This document shows positions 48,264 to 57,723 of a DNA stretch of 64,000 nucleotides, one piece after another. The translations under genes were made by a program, and so were the position numbers. How positions within the stretch are numbered: the stretch's first letter is position 1; every line of letters begins with the position of its first letter. Origin of the DNA: an uncultured virus (IMG/VR IMGVR_UViG_3300029268_000005) (taxonomy: Duplodnaviria; Heunggongvirae; Uroviricota; Caudoviricetes); IMG/VR virus record IMGVR_UViG_3300029268_000005, one strand, 5' to 3'. Under the pieces are notes generated by a model. It saw nothing but the letters and a program-made list of their open reading frames with translations. It did no database searches and was not told where the DNA came from.

Positions 48264-49016
48264 CTAGTGCGCAGAAGACGCCAATGCCGGTTCGGTATCG
48301 TCGTCCGTGTCTTCATCATCATTGTCGTTCTCGACGGGGCCTTCGCCCAAGCTGTCGTCCAACAACGTCATAAGCAGGTCGGGACTCAGCGGAATGTCAC
48401 GCAAGTAGCGCGTGAGCTGATGTACCATCATGCTGGCAGTGATGTTGGCCGCGTAGATGGTGCTACGCGCCGTGCAACGACCCTGCTCAGCCTCTTCAGC
48501 CGCGAACAGCGTTGACTCATAGCGCGTGCGATCCATCGGCGTGCTGGTCAGCACGCGCAACGTTTCGCCGAGCATACGGCCATCGATCATGGTGACATTG
48601 AACTGCTTGCAGCTCTCGTGCAGAAGTTCACGAATCTCAATGCTGTCCACACACGTAAACATGACGTGGATGGGCTTCTTGTTCGTACGAGCATTGAGAA
48701 GCAATACGTCACTGAAGCGGCCATCAACAGTGGCCACAGACAGCGAAGGATCCAAAGCTATCATATCGGAGGCCGTGGCTACAACCTTCTTCTGCTGCAG
48801 CTGATCGTACCGATAGCCCTGCGTTGTCACATTGGTTTCCTCGACAATGTCGAAGTCCACCAACATGACGTTAGAAGCGCCGATAGCCGCCAGCTGCAAT
48901 GCAACTGAGCGACCGACAGCGCCAACGCCAACTATCATGATGTTCGTCTCAAGCAGCTTGTCATGCGGCACGAGCCCGGCTTGACGCTCAAAACGATCTT
49001 TTGCCTTTGTCGTCAT
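48264..49016 (-). CDS. E1-like ThiF/MoeB adenylyltransferase
   Basis: RFERQ, GVGAVG, DFDIVEETNVTTQG, KV, CVDSIEIR, IDGRM, candidate catalytic Cys in GRCTAR. Confidence 0.92.
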   Translation of the reverse strand: MTTKAKDRFERQAGLVPHDKLLETNIMIVGVGAVGRSVALQLAAIGASNVMLVDFDIVEETNVTTQGYRYDQLQQKKVVATASDMIALDPSLSVATVDGRFSDVLLLNARTNKKPIHVMFTCVDSIEIRELLHESCKQFNVTMIDGRMLGETLRVLTSTPMDRTRYESTLFAAEEAEQGRCTARSTIYAANITASMMVHQLTRYLRDIPLSPDLLMTLLDDSLGEGPVENDNDDEDTDDDTEPALASSAH

Positions 49017-49049
49017 CAGAAATCCCTCATTCCTTAGGGGTTGTACAAG

Positions 49050-50462
49050 TTAGTCAATGGCCAGCGTTGCGGCACGGTCAAGTGCTTCGTTCATCTGCAC
49101 ATCTTCAACAACGGCAATGTCGTCAGGCTTTGGTGCCTCTACGTCTGCCGGTGCAACCTTGTCGTCAAACTGCTTGGTGTTCCAAATACCGTACATGGCC
49201 AACCAAGCTTCGGAAGTTCTAGACGGCACTTGCATGCCGTGTATGCGTGCCCACTCCTCGATGGCGCTGAGTTCGTAAGCACTGAGCCCAAGGCTCCACG
49301 CTCCGCGATTACCCGGCCACAGTGCCGGCTTTGTCTCATTACCGGTCACACGTGCGGAAGGCTGGTTTCGCCAGTCACTGACGAGACCTGATGAGCCGGA
49401 CGTAGGCTGACCGGTAACGAAATTCATAGCCGGTGTGGTCGAGGGAATTGCACTAACAGCGGCATGAGCCGATACGGGAGTAGGCGGGATAATTGCGTGG
49501 CCCGTATAGCCGGACACCATTGGTTCGGCAGCCCGTGAACGTGCAGCCTCTGCCCAGGCGTCATGTCCATGAGCCGTCTGCGAGCTGTAGGACGACTGAT
49601 AGCCATAGTTGCCTTGGTTAACGCTATGATCGTGATAGTGCCGTGTGTAGTACGAAGACATACCGTCAGTGCTGTAATTCGTTGGATACTGCACTACCGA
49701 CGCGCACTTCGTAACACAGCGAGTGTACTCTGCCTGCCACGCGGCAACATCCTGGCTGCCACCAGTGGCCGACCAGTCAACCGACACAGGCAGCTCCGTA
49801 GAGAAGCCAGGGCCGACGTTGAAGCGCAATCGCGCATACGTTTCATGGCCACGACCGACAACCATCATGACGCCCCAGTGACACGGCCCGAGACATTCAA
49901 GGAACGTAGTCTCATCCGTGCCACTCGGAGTCACGCCACTGCCTGGATGCGTATGGATCCAGATACGGCCACAACGCTCAGGGCCAATGCCCTCAGCCCC
50001 GCAGTCGAGAAGATAGTCGGCCACGGCGTCATCATCAAACTTGGTCGAAGCCATGCTGACTCGCTGCTTGACCAGTCGTACCTCGCGGATCAACAACAAC
50101 TGTGTAGCATCCGAAATACCCCACATGCCGACTTCGTCAGATGACGAGTGAAGCATGTGTAGCAACTTGGCCCAAGCGCTAGGTGCAAAACGCAAACCGG
50201 CCAACTTCGGCCAGTCATTACTAGTGCCCATAGGCATATAGGTGCTTGATGCAGCTGCGATAGACGGGCCTGCAAAACCCGTCACAGTTCGAGGCTGAAC
50301 AAGCGGCCCGTTGTTGGTTTGCCGGATGTTTGTGACCTTATTGATGATGCCGTCCTCTTTGGTTTTGTTGTTTCGCACTCTGACTGTCGCATCGCTAAAC
50401 CGCGTCTTCTTCCTTGACATAGCCATCCTCTGCAGGAGATTGAGTAATACCTTGAACATCAT
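49050..50462 (-). CDS. JAB/MPN metalloprotease with a long low-complexity C-terminus
   Basis: EVGMWG, then WIHTHPG....PSGTDE (HxH..S..D). Confidence 0.88.
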   Translation of the reverse strand: MMFKVLLNLLQRMAMSRKKTRFSDATVRVRNNKTKEDGIINKVTNIRQTNNGPLVQPRTVTGFAGPSIAAASSTYMPMGTSNDWPKLAGLRFAPSAWAKLLHMLHSSSDEVGMWGISDATQLLLIREVRLVKQRVSMASTKFDDDAVADYLLDCGAEGIGPERCGRIWIHTHPGSGVTPSGTDETTFLECLGPCHWGVMMVVGRGHETYARLRFNVGPGFSTELPVSVDWSATGGSQDVAAWQAEYTRCVTKCASVVQYPTNYSTDGMSSYYTRHYHDHSVNQGNYGYQSSYSSQTAHGHDAWAEAARSRAAEPMVSGYTGHAIIPPTPVSAHAAVSAIPSTTPAMNFVTGQPTSGSSGLVSDWRNQPSARVTGNETKPALWPGNRGAWSLGLSAYELSAIEEWARIHGMQVPSRTSEAWLAMYGIWNTKQFDDKVAPADVEAPKPDDIAVVEDVQMNEALDRAATLAID

Positions 50463-51832
50463 ACGCTCGCGGTTGAAGCTACTGCTGTCGGCAAGCAGTC
50501 AGGGCAGAAATAGAATCCCTCGTGCAATACCAGGTCAGATCTTAATCGTGATGCTTCGCAAGCAGCACAGATCATCATGCCACGCGGCGCTGCGGGCTGA
50601 GTGGTACCACGCATCCGATCAGTAACAGGCGCTGTGGCGATAGTTGGTGCAACGGGCACCGCAGGTGTCGGATAACCAATTGGCCGTAGTACCGGTGTCG
50701 GTGATGCCGGTGGAAGGATTTGCCACGTAACCTCGGACGCAGGGGCTGGCGTGGCTGGGACAGGTATTACGCTGGCAACCTGAGCAATCTGTGCTTCACG
50801 AGCTGCTCTTCGTGCAGCAGCCTCTGCTTGCAACACCCTGTAGCAAGACGGGCACTTGCATCCACTACGCGTGACGATGACATCAGCACGAGCCACAGCA
50901 CAGCCACACTTAGAGCAAGTGTGTATACAGCCTTGGCAATATCGATGCCCATCAACTTCTCGCAAGCCAGCTGCGGCATGAGTGGCGCAGAATACTTTGT
51001 TGCAGTTTTCACCTTCACAGCGAACAGCACAGCCGCCACAAAGATGGGTGCTGCACGTTACGCAACGACTATGCTCAGCCGGTACACGTCCACGGCAACC
51101 GGAACAACGCTCACCAAGCCACTGATCCAAGTTGCGATATGCCTGACCACGGGCGTAGGTGTGCAACACAGTGTCGGCTATTTCGACGATATCACCAAAG
51201 CGCAGCTCAGACGCGGCGCCGTTGAATGCCGTCAGGCCTTCGCCAAAACACAGACGATTGTGATTAACGTGCGGGTGTATGAGTCCATGCGACTCCACAG
51301 GCCAACGATCCTCGTCAGAAGTGTAGATGGACACATGTCCTCCAGGTGTAACTACAATCCACAGTTCGCCCATGACGTACTTCTCGCTAGCCACGGTAAA
51401 CGAGATTTCGTCTGTTCGAACTGCTATGCCTTTCATAGGCACGTTCCAAAATACGCGATTAGGCCTAGCTGAACGTAAGGCCAGCAGATCGTGAACTATG
51501 TCGACGCACGTAGCCTGAAACGTGCTACTGGTTTGTTGTTTGATAAATGGATTGCCACCACGCCACGTGGACACATGGCTGATGACATTCGGCAACTTGT
51601 CAAGCAGCGCCTTCATGACGACAGGCACATCGCCGCTTGGATTACGTCGGCCAAATCGGCCAAGAATGCTTCGTGCCTCGGCGCCCAGCCGAGTGAGCTT
51701 TAGCAACGCTATTACGTCGTTAGTCTGCAATTTGAACTGACGACAACCGGCAGCCACCGCGCGCGTTGCAAATCGTACGATCAATGATTCGGTAAGCGGC
51801 ACATAATCCGTGGGCCGCACATAGTCACTCAT
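50459..51832 (-). CDS. Prokaryotic E2-like (UBC) domain plus Cys-rich Zn-binding region
   Basis: HPHVNHNRLCFGEG matching the E2 HPN..G.IC signature; multiple CxxC pairs. Confidence 0.75.
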   Translation of the reverse strand: MSDYVRPTDYVPLTESLIVRFATRAVAAGCRQFKLQTNDVIALLKLTRLGAEARSILGRFGRRNPSGDVPVVMKALLDKLPNVISHVSTWRGGNPFIKQQTSSTFQATCVDIVHDLLALRSARPNRVFWNVPMKGIAVRTDEISFTVASEKYVMGELWIVVTPGGHVSIYTSDEDRWPVESHGLIHPHVNHNRLCFGEGLTAFNGAASELRFGDIVEIADTVLHTYARGQAYRNLDQWLGERCSGCRGRVPAEHSRCVTCSTHLCGGCAVRCEGENCNKVFCATHAAAGLREVDGHRYCQGCIHTCSKCGCAVARADVIVTRSGCKCPSCYRVLQAEAAARRAAREAQIAQVASVIPVPATPAPASEVTWQILPPASPTPVLRPIGYPTPAVPVAPTIATAPVTDRMRGTTQPAAPRGMMICAACEASRLRSDLVLHEGFYFCPDCLPTAVASTASV

Positions 51833-51861
51833 CAGTTGACTCCTTTTTATTGCACAAACAC

Positions 51862-51901
51862 AAACACCCTGGGTGGCAAAATTACCACCCAGGGTGTTTT
51901 T
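51862..51901. terminator. Strong hairpin between the Ubl and E2 genes (terminator/attenuator)
   Basis: AAACACCCTGGGTGG / CCACCCAGGGTGTTT 15-bp inverted repeat. Confidence 0.7.
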
Positions 51902-51951
51902 AGGTTAGATCAACAGGTCCGCAAAATGCGGACTGGTCTTACGACCCTGGC

Positions 51952-52239
51952 TTAGCAGGCGCCTTCGACCTTCGTCGGGGTAATGCTGATACGGTCGCCG
52001 TTCTGCAACACGAAGCCGGCTTCGATCGGGTTTTCGGGGCCACCGAAGGTGACCTCGGCGCGACGGATCCGCTTCATGTAGTTGGCGGGGATCTGTCGGT
52101 CGCCGATCTGGGTGGCGAAGAAGGTGGCGATGGTCGTGCCTTCGGGGATGGAAATCCAGTTGGCATAGCCTTCGCCGCCGTTGTTGACGAACAGGACGCG
52201 GATGGCCGGGGTGGAAGCGCTGTTGATGTCGTTGGACAT
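51952..52239 (-). CDS. Ubiquitin-like (beta-grasp, ThiS/MoaD-like) protein ending KVEGAC
   Basis: IRVLFVNN.G.G...I..PEGTTI..F...LQNGDRISITPTKVEG; first gene of the E2-JAB-E1 operon. Confidence 0.8.
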   Translation of the reverse strand: MSNDINSASTPAIRVLFVNNGGEGYANWISIPEGTTIATFFATQIGDRQIPANYMKRIRRAEVTFGGPENPIEAGFVLQNGDRISITPTKVEGAC

Positions 52240-52263
52240 GAGTCAAAACCTCTCATAGTAAGC

Positions 52264-52468
52264 AGTAATGTTTCCTCATCCACAGCAACCTTGCTGCAGA
52301 CAGCTACAAACGTGTCGCGGGGGTGCTTGTCGAGCACCTCCTCTCATGGCAAGTACACTCACGATGCATCGTACTGGCGGCACATTACATAGGTCACGCA
52401 AGCTGAACGACTAACCGCAAGAACAGCTCAGACCTTCCATACACATACATCCATGTAGAAACATTACT
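52264..52468 (-). promoter_or_regulatory. Structured leader of the Ubl operon with a CsrA-consensus hairpin
   Basis: 11-bp long-range inverted repeat 52264-74/52458-68, internal hairpins, ACAUGGAUGU at 52447-52456. Confidence 0.5.
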
Positions 52469-52562
52469 AAGAGGCGGGCATGAGCCCAACCATAACACAC
52501 ATGCTTAGACCTGATGACAGTCTTGGCATAAATGGCAAAACGCAGGTGGTAACCTGTGTAAG

Positions 52563-53042
52563 TCACTGATCGTAGACAACAACGGGACTTGCCTTTATGG
52601 CCAAGACAACGAACGGACAGAACTTTCTAGCTGTTTCAAAATCTCGTACTTCGTGTGAGATACGACAGCCTACTGGCGTATCACCAACACCACTTGCATG
52701 CTCGGCGACTATTCGACCGGAGCAGTTCCAACAGTCTGGCAAGGCATCAGGCATATACAGCTCCTTCGTTGTACTGTCTGCAAAAGCCAACAACGTGGCG
52801 GCCTTAATGCCCGCTGCCAAACTTTTTATGTAGCGTTCCAATCGTAGTGCGTCCCTGTGAGACATGCTACGGCTGGCAACAAGTAGATGGACCGGTCGCC
52901 TACTGCGTGTGTATTTGGCGCCGTGTCCAGAATTGTGTGTCATAACTCGCGCAGAGACATCCGTACTGATTCCACAGTAGCGTGTACCGTCACTGCAGAC
53001 TAGTAGATATACGCGCCATCGTTTATCGATGGGGCAGTTCAA
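52563..53042 (-). CDS. GIY-YIG nuclease family protein
   Basis: VYLLVCSDGTRYCGISTD...R...HNSG.GAKYTRSRRPV. Confidence 0.88.
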   Translation of the reverse strand: MNCPIDKRWRVYLLVCSDGTRYCGISTDVSARVMTHNSGHGAKYTRSRRPVHLLVASRSMSHRDALRLERYIKSLAAGIKAATLLAFADSTTKELYMPDALPDCWNCSGRIVAEHASGVGDTPVGCRISHEVRDFETARKFCPFVVLAIKASPVVVYDQ

Positions 53043-53901
53043 CTTTGTCTGATTGCCTTGGCATGAGTTCGCCTCTCAGCACTATCTGAAGATCAGGCAA
53101 TGTGAAGTCGTTAGATGTCAACTCATGCGTTGTTTCGTTGTCTTCATAGCTGTCGCCGGGGATAGTCCTTTGCGCTATGATTCGAAAATAAAAGGTGTAA
53201 ATCGAATGCAGTTTATCTCGGTTGAGTCTTACGCGGGCTAAAATCTGATGATTGTAGACTTCCTCTTGGTATTGCCGCAAATCATTAGCGTGAATACCAA
53301 ACGTATCAATAACGTTGACACCAGGTGGCAACGCCATGGTGTAGCCGTCTAGCAAGCGTTCGTGCCAGCTGTTGCCAGACATGAAGCCTTCGTCTTCAAA
53401 TTCATCCAGCTGATTGGACAGACCTCTTATCAGCCTGGATGGTATGAACGTAATCTGCAAGTCCTCAAGGTTGTCGAAAACGATTGAGTCCGGCAACTCA
53501 CACGTCATGTCTTTGTGCGCAGCTATGGCCAATGCCTGGGCTGTAGCACGAAACGCGCTAAATTTGGCGATAGCGTTGCTGGTCACAGGCAGCACGGCAA
53601 ACATATCGCTGCGGACGTCGAACATAACGACAGGCTGGCCGTGTATCGAGTTGGCTACTTGGAACGTGGGCACGTCTTCGTCAGGACGTGCGAGTCGAGC
53701 ATTGTAGCGCAAGCCAGTACTGTGCCCACAATAAGGGCATACAAGTCGGACTGCGGCTGAATAACCATCAAATGTAAACGCCGCGTCGTAAGCCTTGCAA
53801 AGGGTGGTAAAACACAGGTTACACGAAAAGATGGTGTCCGCTAACAGAAAATCGTTGGGATCTTCCATATCTGAGAAAGCAATCACAATCTTATTCGACA
53901 T
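53023..53901 (-). CDS. Hypothetical protein with an N-terminal Zn ribbon
   Basis: CNLC...CPYCG. Confidence 0.6.
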   Translation of the reverse strand: MSNKIVIAFSDMEDPNDFLLADTIFSCNLCFTTLCKAYDAAFTFDGYSAAVRLVCPYCGHSTGLRYNARLARPDEDVPTFQVANSIHGQPVVMFDVRSDMFAVLPVTSNAIAKFSAFRATAQALAIAAHKDMTCELPDSIVFDNLEDLQITFIPSRLIRGLSNQLDEFEDEGFMSGNSWHERLLDGYTMALPPGVNVIDTFGIHANDLRQYQEEVYNHQILARVRLNRDKLHSIYTFYFRIIAQRTIPGDSYEDNETTHELTSNDFTLPDLQIVLRGELMPRQSDKVELPHR

Positions 53902-54457
53902 AGTATGACCCGCCCACGTGTTGTAGTTTTGCTGTATCCTTTAGTGCAGACAACCACAGTTCATGGTCGCTGCCCCAAGCCGGATCCACTAGATCCAGTT
54001 CCTCTTCGCCAAACAGATGGCATCGAACATGGTGGCAATTGCCCAACACATTGGCAACGTCACCATGCCGCTCTAGCCGGAAGTACCGCAGGACTTTCCA
54101 GTTGCTTACGAACAACCGAATACATGCAAACACTTCGCGCAACGTAGGCGAGAATATCAACGGTGTTGAGAAGCCGTGAAAGGTCATGATGCGCGTGCTG
54201 TTAAGCCCGAACGGATAGACCTTTATCAGCCGCCCGAGTTTCGGATTGCTTGTATAGTCACAGTCAGGACTAATGCCTTGTGAGTTGACAAGACACAGTC
54301 TTGAGCGACCCTGACCTTTTATGTGCACAGGAAGCAGCGGATATATGGCCTCCTGTAAAACACGCGTCTGTGCATCGTTCAGCGTTGGCACTAACTTCAG
54401 TTTGCACCTGTCGCTGAACGATATGTTTGTTTGCTGATCTACCGTTGGTTGTAGCAT
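53891..54457 (-). CDS. Hypothetical protein
   Basis: ORF tiling. Confidence 0.6.
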   Translation of the reverse strand: MLQPTVDQQTNISFSDRCKLKLVPTLNDAQTRVLQEAIYPLLPVHIKGQGRSRLCLVNSQGISPDCDYTSNPKLGRLIKVYPFGLNSTRIMTFHGFSTPLIFSPTLREVFACIRLFVSNWKVLRYFRLERHGDVANVLGNCHHVRCHLFGEEELDLVDPAWGSDHELWLSALKDTAKLQHVGGSYYVE

Positions 54458-55512
54458 CAGAGAAGTACAGGCCGAGTCAACGGGATTTTCAGAATCTTGA
54501 CAGGCTCAGAACGACGCCAGCGATTCCAAGCCACGATGCACAGCCGAAACAGCATCTCATCTGACATCAGTCGAGCCGATTGCTTGAGCATAGCCGACTT
54601 GTTGTTGCGAGGATTGAATGTTCGTTCCAGCAGCTTACGTAGCTGGTAACGAGCATCTGAACGATCCGTTACGCCAATACCCTCGGCCACTGGTCGCCAG
54701 AAGTCGTCTACGACGTCAGGAGCCTTGGCAAATGTGGCAAACATAGCCGCTGATACAGGCATCCTGTCAAAAGCGCGACTCTCTTTGGATAAGTCCTGTC
54801 CGAGACGACCCACGGCATTGAATAGGTCGGAATATTGCGATTCAACCTGCGCAGTGCCTTGTTCAGGGGTAAGCCGATAGCGAATGTCCTCCTGAGGGTA
54901 CATCCACAATCGAAATGCCGAGTACAGCTTAACCAGCCGGTTGATAGCAATACCTTCCGCACACGGCTGGCCTATAAGAATGTTCTTTGCACGCTGGGAC
55001 AAGGTGCGCGGCTTGCAAGCGTCGTACGTATTGTACAGCTGTCGAAGCTGTTCTTCTTTCTGTACACGATACACGACTTCACGAACACGTGCTGCAAAGC
55101 CCTCAGGCATATAAGCCACGGCCCAACACGTATGCTGTCCGTTGGTCTTGTAGCAAGTAGAACCAAGCCATGCCTTGGCAATGATGACGTTAGTCCAGTT
55201 GAACTCGTCGCGCTTCATCTTGTCCAGCAAGTCCTGCACATGTGCCGTGCTAACAGCTCGTTCGCCAGGCAAGATAGGCAGATCGATGTACTCGGCTGCC
55301 TTCTTCATATCGAGCCGTACGTGCTGGTCCGAGACTATCTCGTACTCAAGCGGAGTTGCAGGGCCGGTCATGATCGGCTCTGTGCGCACGGACGGTATCT
55401 TCTGATTGTTGTTCTGCAGATTGAGCTGCTCAGCCGTGTGTGTCGTCCTGGCTGTAACAGGTATCACTGTGCTGAGAATAGCTGCGCGTCTGGATGTGTT
55501 TCGTTTGGCCAC
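54457..55512 (-). CDS. ParB/Srx-like (DGQHR-type) domain protein
   Basis: R.VS..HV..L...M....F...NGQHT..A...YD....RT pattern. Confidence 0.6.
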   Translation of the reverse strand: MAKRNTSRRAAILSTVIPVTARTTHTAEQLNLQNNNQKIPSVRTEPIMTGPATPLEYEIVSDQHVRLDMKKAAEYIDLPILPGERAVSTAHVQDLLDKMKRDEFNWTNVIIAKAWLGSTCYKTNGQHTCWAVAYMPEGFAARVREVVYRVQKEEQLRQLYNTYDACKPRTLSQRAKNILIGQPCAEGIAINRLVKLYSAFRLWMYPQEDIRYRLTPEQGTAQVESQYSDLFNAVGRLGQDLSKESRAFDRMPVSAAMFATFAKAPDVVDDFWRPVAEGIGVTDRSDARYQLRKLLERTFNPRNNKSAMLKQSARLMSDEMLFRLCIVAWNRWRRSEPVKILKIPLTRPVLL

Positions 55513-55591
55513 TGTAATAGCCCTCGTTAATGCCCTAGTTTAGATATCGAAGCTTGACGTAGTGTTCATGTGAAAGTCGACGTACCCTGTG

Positions 55592-56086
55592 CTATACGGC
55601 CAATTCTTCAAGATCAAAGTCAAGCTTCAGCGCAGGAATGATGTCGTAGCAAATAGCACGCAACGTATGAATGAACAGTGCTGGGTCACGTGTCGTTGCA
55701 AACTCTTGCAAATACGAGACACCTGATGCCTGGGCCTGTACGCAAGAGCGGCCAAGACGTTTTCGCACCGGGCAGGCGGTGCAGTACGGCAGATCCTGAC
55801 ACAGCGTACACCATCGGCATATGCCGGAGCCCATCGGGCTAAACGTACTGTTCTTGTCCCGAAGACAAAACGTTGAACCGTAGCTGTACACTGCTGCTGA
55901 ACACACAGAGGCTGTAAACTTGACATCATGCTTTTCAAGGTTTACAGGCAGAAAGCCCAGCCATTTTATCAGGGAGGCCTCTGCCGCGTGTTCTCGGCCG
56001 TTACGATTACCCGGCGTAGTGCCCATGAATGTCTGTCGCCACGTTGGTATCGACATGTTTTCGTCCTTAATCCTGCTCGTCCGCAC
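55592..56086 (-). CDS. Cys-rich hypothetical protein
   Basis: CTLC, CTACP. Confidence 0.55.
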   Translation of the reverse strand: MRTSRIKDENMSIPTWRQTFMGTTPGNRNGREHAAEASLIKWLGFLPVNLEKHDVKFTASVCSAAVYSYGSTFCLRDKNSTFSPMGSGICRWCTLCQDLPYCTACPVRKRLGRSCVQAQASGVSYLQEFATTRDPALFIHTLRAICYDIIPALKLDFDLEELAV

Positions 56087-56480
56087 GAGCTAAGTAGTCC
56101 TTAACAGCCTTGCGCCATGTGCGCCAAGCAAAATGCGATACAGTGGGTATTTCTTCAGCCGGTAGACAAAACAGATTCTCTAGTACTGCCTTACACTGCT
56201 GCACTGTGCCTCGCTCAGAAACAGCCTGCACCAGGTAGGCAATCAGCTGGACACTGTTCTTTGCCGGTAGTACTAGACCACAGCTCTCGCAGCTGAACTG
56301 GTAAATCTTGTCTGAAGTAATCACAGGGCCATATCCAGTCAATAATGGATTGCCCTCCATGCGAGGCCAAGAACAGCTGTTCAGCAGGCTGTAGGACTCT
56401 ATCGCATCCTCCGGTGTGCACTTTAGCCAGTGATAATTGCACACCGCGCAACGATGGATATCAGTAAGCGGTAAGGCCAT
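56067..56480 (-). CDS. Hypothetical protein with a Zn ribbon
   Basis: CAVC...CESCG. Confidence 0.55.
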   Translation of the reverse strand: MALPLTDIHRCAVCNYHWLKCTPEDAIESYSLLNSCSWPRMEGNPLLTGYGPVITSDKIYQFSCESCGLVLPAKNSVQLIAYLVQAVSERGTVQQCKAVLENLFCLPAEEIPTVSHFAWRTWRKAVKDYLARADEQD

Positions 56481-56603
56481 ATGACCTGTGCTCCGTGCGC
56501 ATCGGCAACTTTAGACCGTCTTCAAAGATTGCACGGCCTTTCGACACTCGTTTATCCTTCACTCGTGTATCCTTTCTGTGTGGTTTGTGAGACACACAGC
56601 CGA

Positions 56604-57269
56604 TTACAGCTGCGGTATGACGTTACGTTGTAAAAACTCTCGATTCGTCTCTAACCAGTCCCTTTGGAGGTCTTCGCCAACGATCCTATGGCCTGCCATG
56701 AACCACAGCTTCATGAAGTCTAGGAAGTGAACCCACGACCTATACGGTGCAGTACGGATAGCGCCTCCGGAATAACAGACGTACGAACGTGTCATTAGAT
56801 ACGCGTAGAAACCGTGGCACCTTCTACTGTCATCCTCACACGGCAGTTCAAAACTAAGCCGCAACATGTCCATCAACGCATCTGCCGTCAGTTCTGTGTA
56901 AAAAAGTTTCCAGTACTGTGTTAGCAGTGCTTGCACAGGTCGATGTACGACATACTTCAGATCGTATATTGAAGCGCCGGAACGCCGGTTAGCCGTAAAG
57001 CAAATTGCGGCAGGCCGCAACAGCTCTAGAGGGTAGTCGTCGTCAAAGCTAAACTTAGCATTGCCGTGCGAATCAAGGCTTTTAAGAATAATGGAGTGCC
57101 CATTGATACAAATCTTTTTCGAAGCTGCCTCAACCGTCTCTATGCCTAAGTTTGGAAAACGCTCGGCAAGCCACTCAGGCACATCCTTCATGCGGCTGGC
57201 TCGGCAATACGTCTCGCTGAGCGCAACTTCGTCGTACAAATTCAGCTGCTGAACATCAGCCACCGACAT
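56604..57269 (-). CDS. Hypothetical protein
   Basis: ORF tiling. Confidence 0.6.
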   Translation of the reverse strand: MSVADVQQLNLYDEVALSETYCRASRMKDVPEWLAERFPNLGIETVEAASKKICINGHSIILKSLDSHGNAKFSFDDDYPLELLRPAAICFTANRRSGASIYDLKYVVHRPVQALLTQYWKLFYTELTADALMDMLRLSFELPCEDDSRRCHGFYAYLMTRSYVCYSGGAIRTAPYRSWVHFLDFMKLWFMAGHRIVGEDLQRDWLETNREFLQRNVIPQL

Positions 57270-57723
57270 CGGACACCTCCTCTATCGCAGCCATGCAGTG
57301 TTCCTTGTGCTGGCCGATATGTGACAGCTCCATTAGAAGCTCTGCAAAGCTCATCTGTGTGAGAAGGAATTTCAGCTGCACCGGAAGGCCATGCCGCTCC
57401 AGTGATTCAGCAGCCTTAATCACGTCGCCGTCTGTTATCAGATTGTCGCTAGTGTTTTCGGCATTAGCCGCAACCACGTCCAATTGCTCAAGTACTAGCG
57501 GAGACAAATCGGCGGCAGTGAGCCCCATTGCGTCCACACAGACTTGAATCGTGTCATCGTGAGACATAGCATGGCCCTCACTGGCTCTGATAGCCGTGTT
57601 GGAGTTAGCCGGGCTGTAATGATTTGACGACGAAAGACTACGATCTACGACCGCGAATCTCTGCCGCTTCATCCAGATTCCTGCGAATAACAGATGAAGC
57701 TTCAGAGACTGTGGCCGGACCAC
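57256..57723 (-). CDS. Hypothetical protein (true start probably ~57567)
   Basis: ORF tiling. Confidence 0.5.
   Translation of the reverse strand: MVRPQSLKLHLLFAGIWMKRQRFAVVDRSLSSSNHYSPANSNTAIRASEGHAMSHDDTIQVCVDAMGLTAADLSPLVLEQLDVVAANAENTSDNLITDGDVIKAAESLERHGLPVQLKFLLTQMSFAELLMELSHIGQHKEHCMAAIEEVSDVGG

Noticed and set aside
48264..52239. Thiamine/molybdopterin sulfur-relay operon
   Set aside because: E2-like and JAB genes are present and no thiG, moaE or cysteine-synthase partners were seen
51905..52246. Alternative-frame 113-aa Arg/His-rich ORF
   Set aside because: A frame shadow of the GC3-biased Ubl gene
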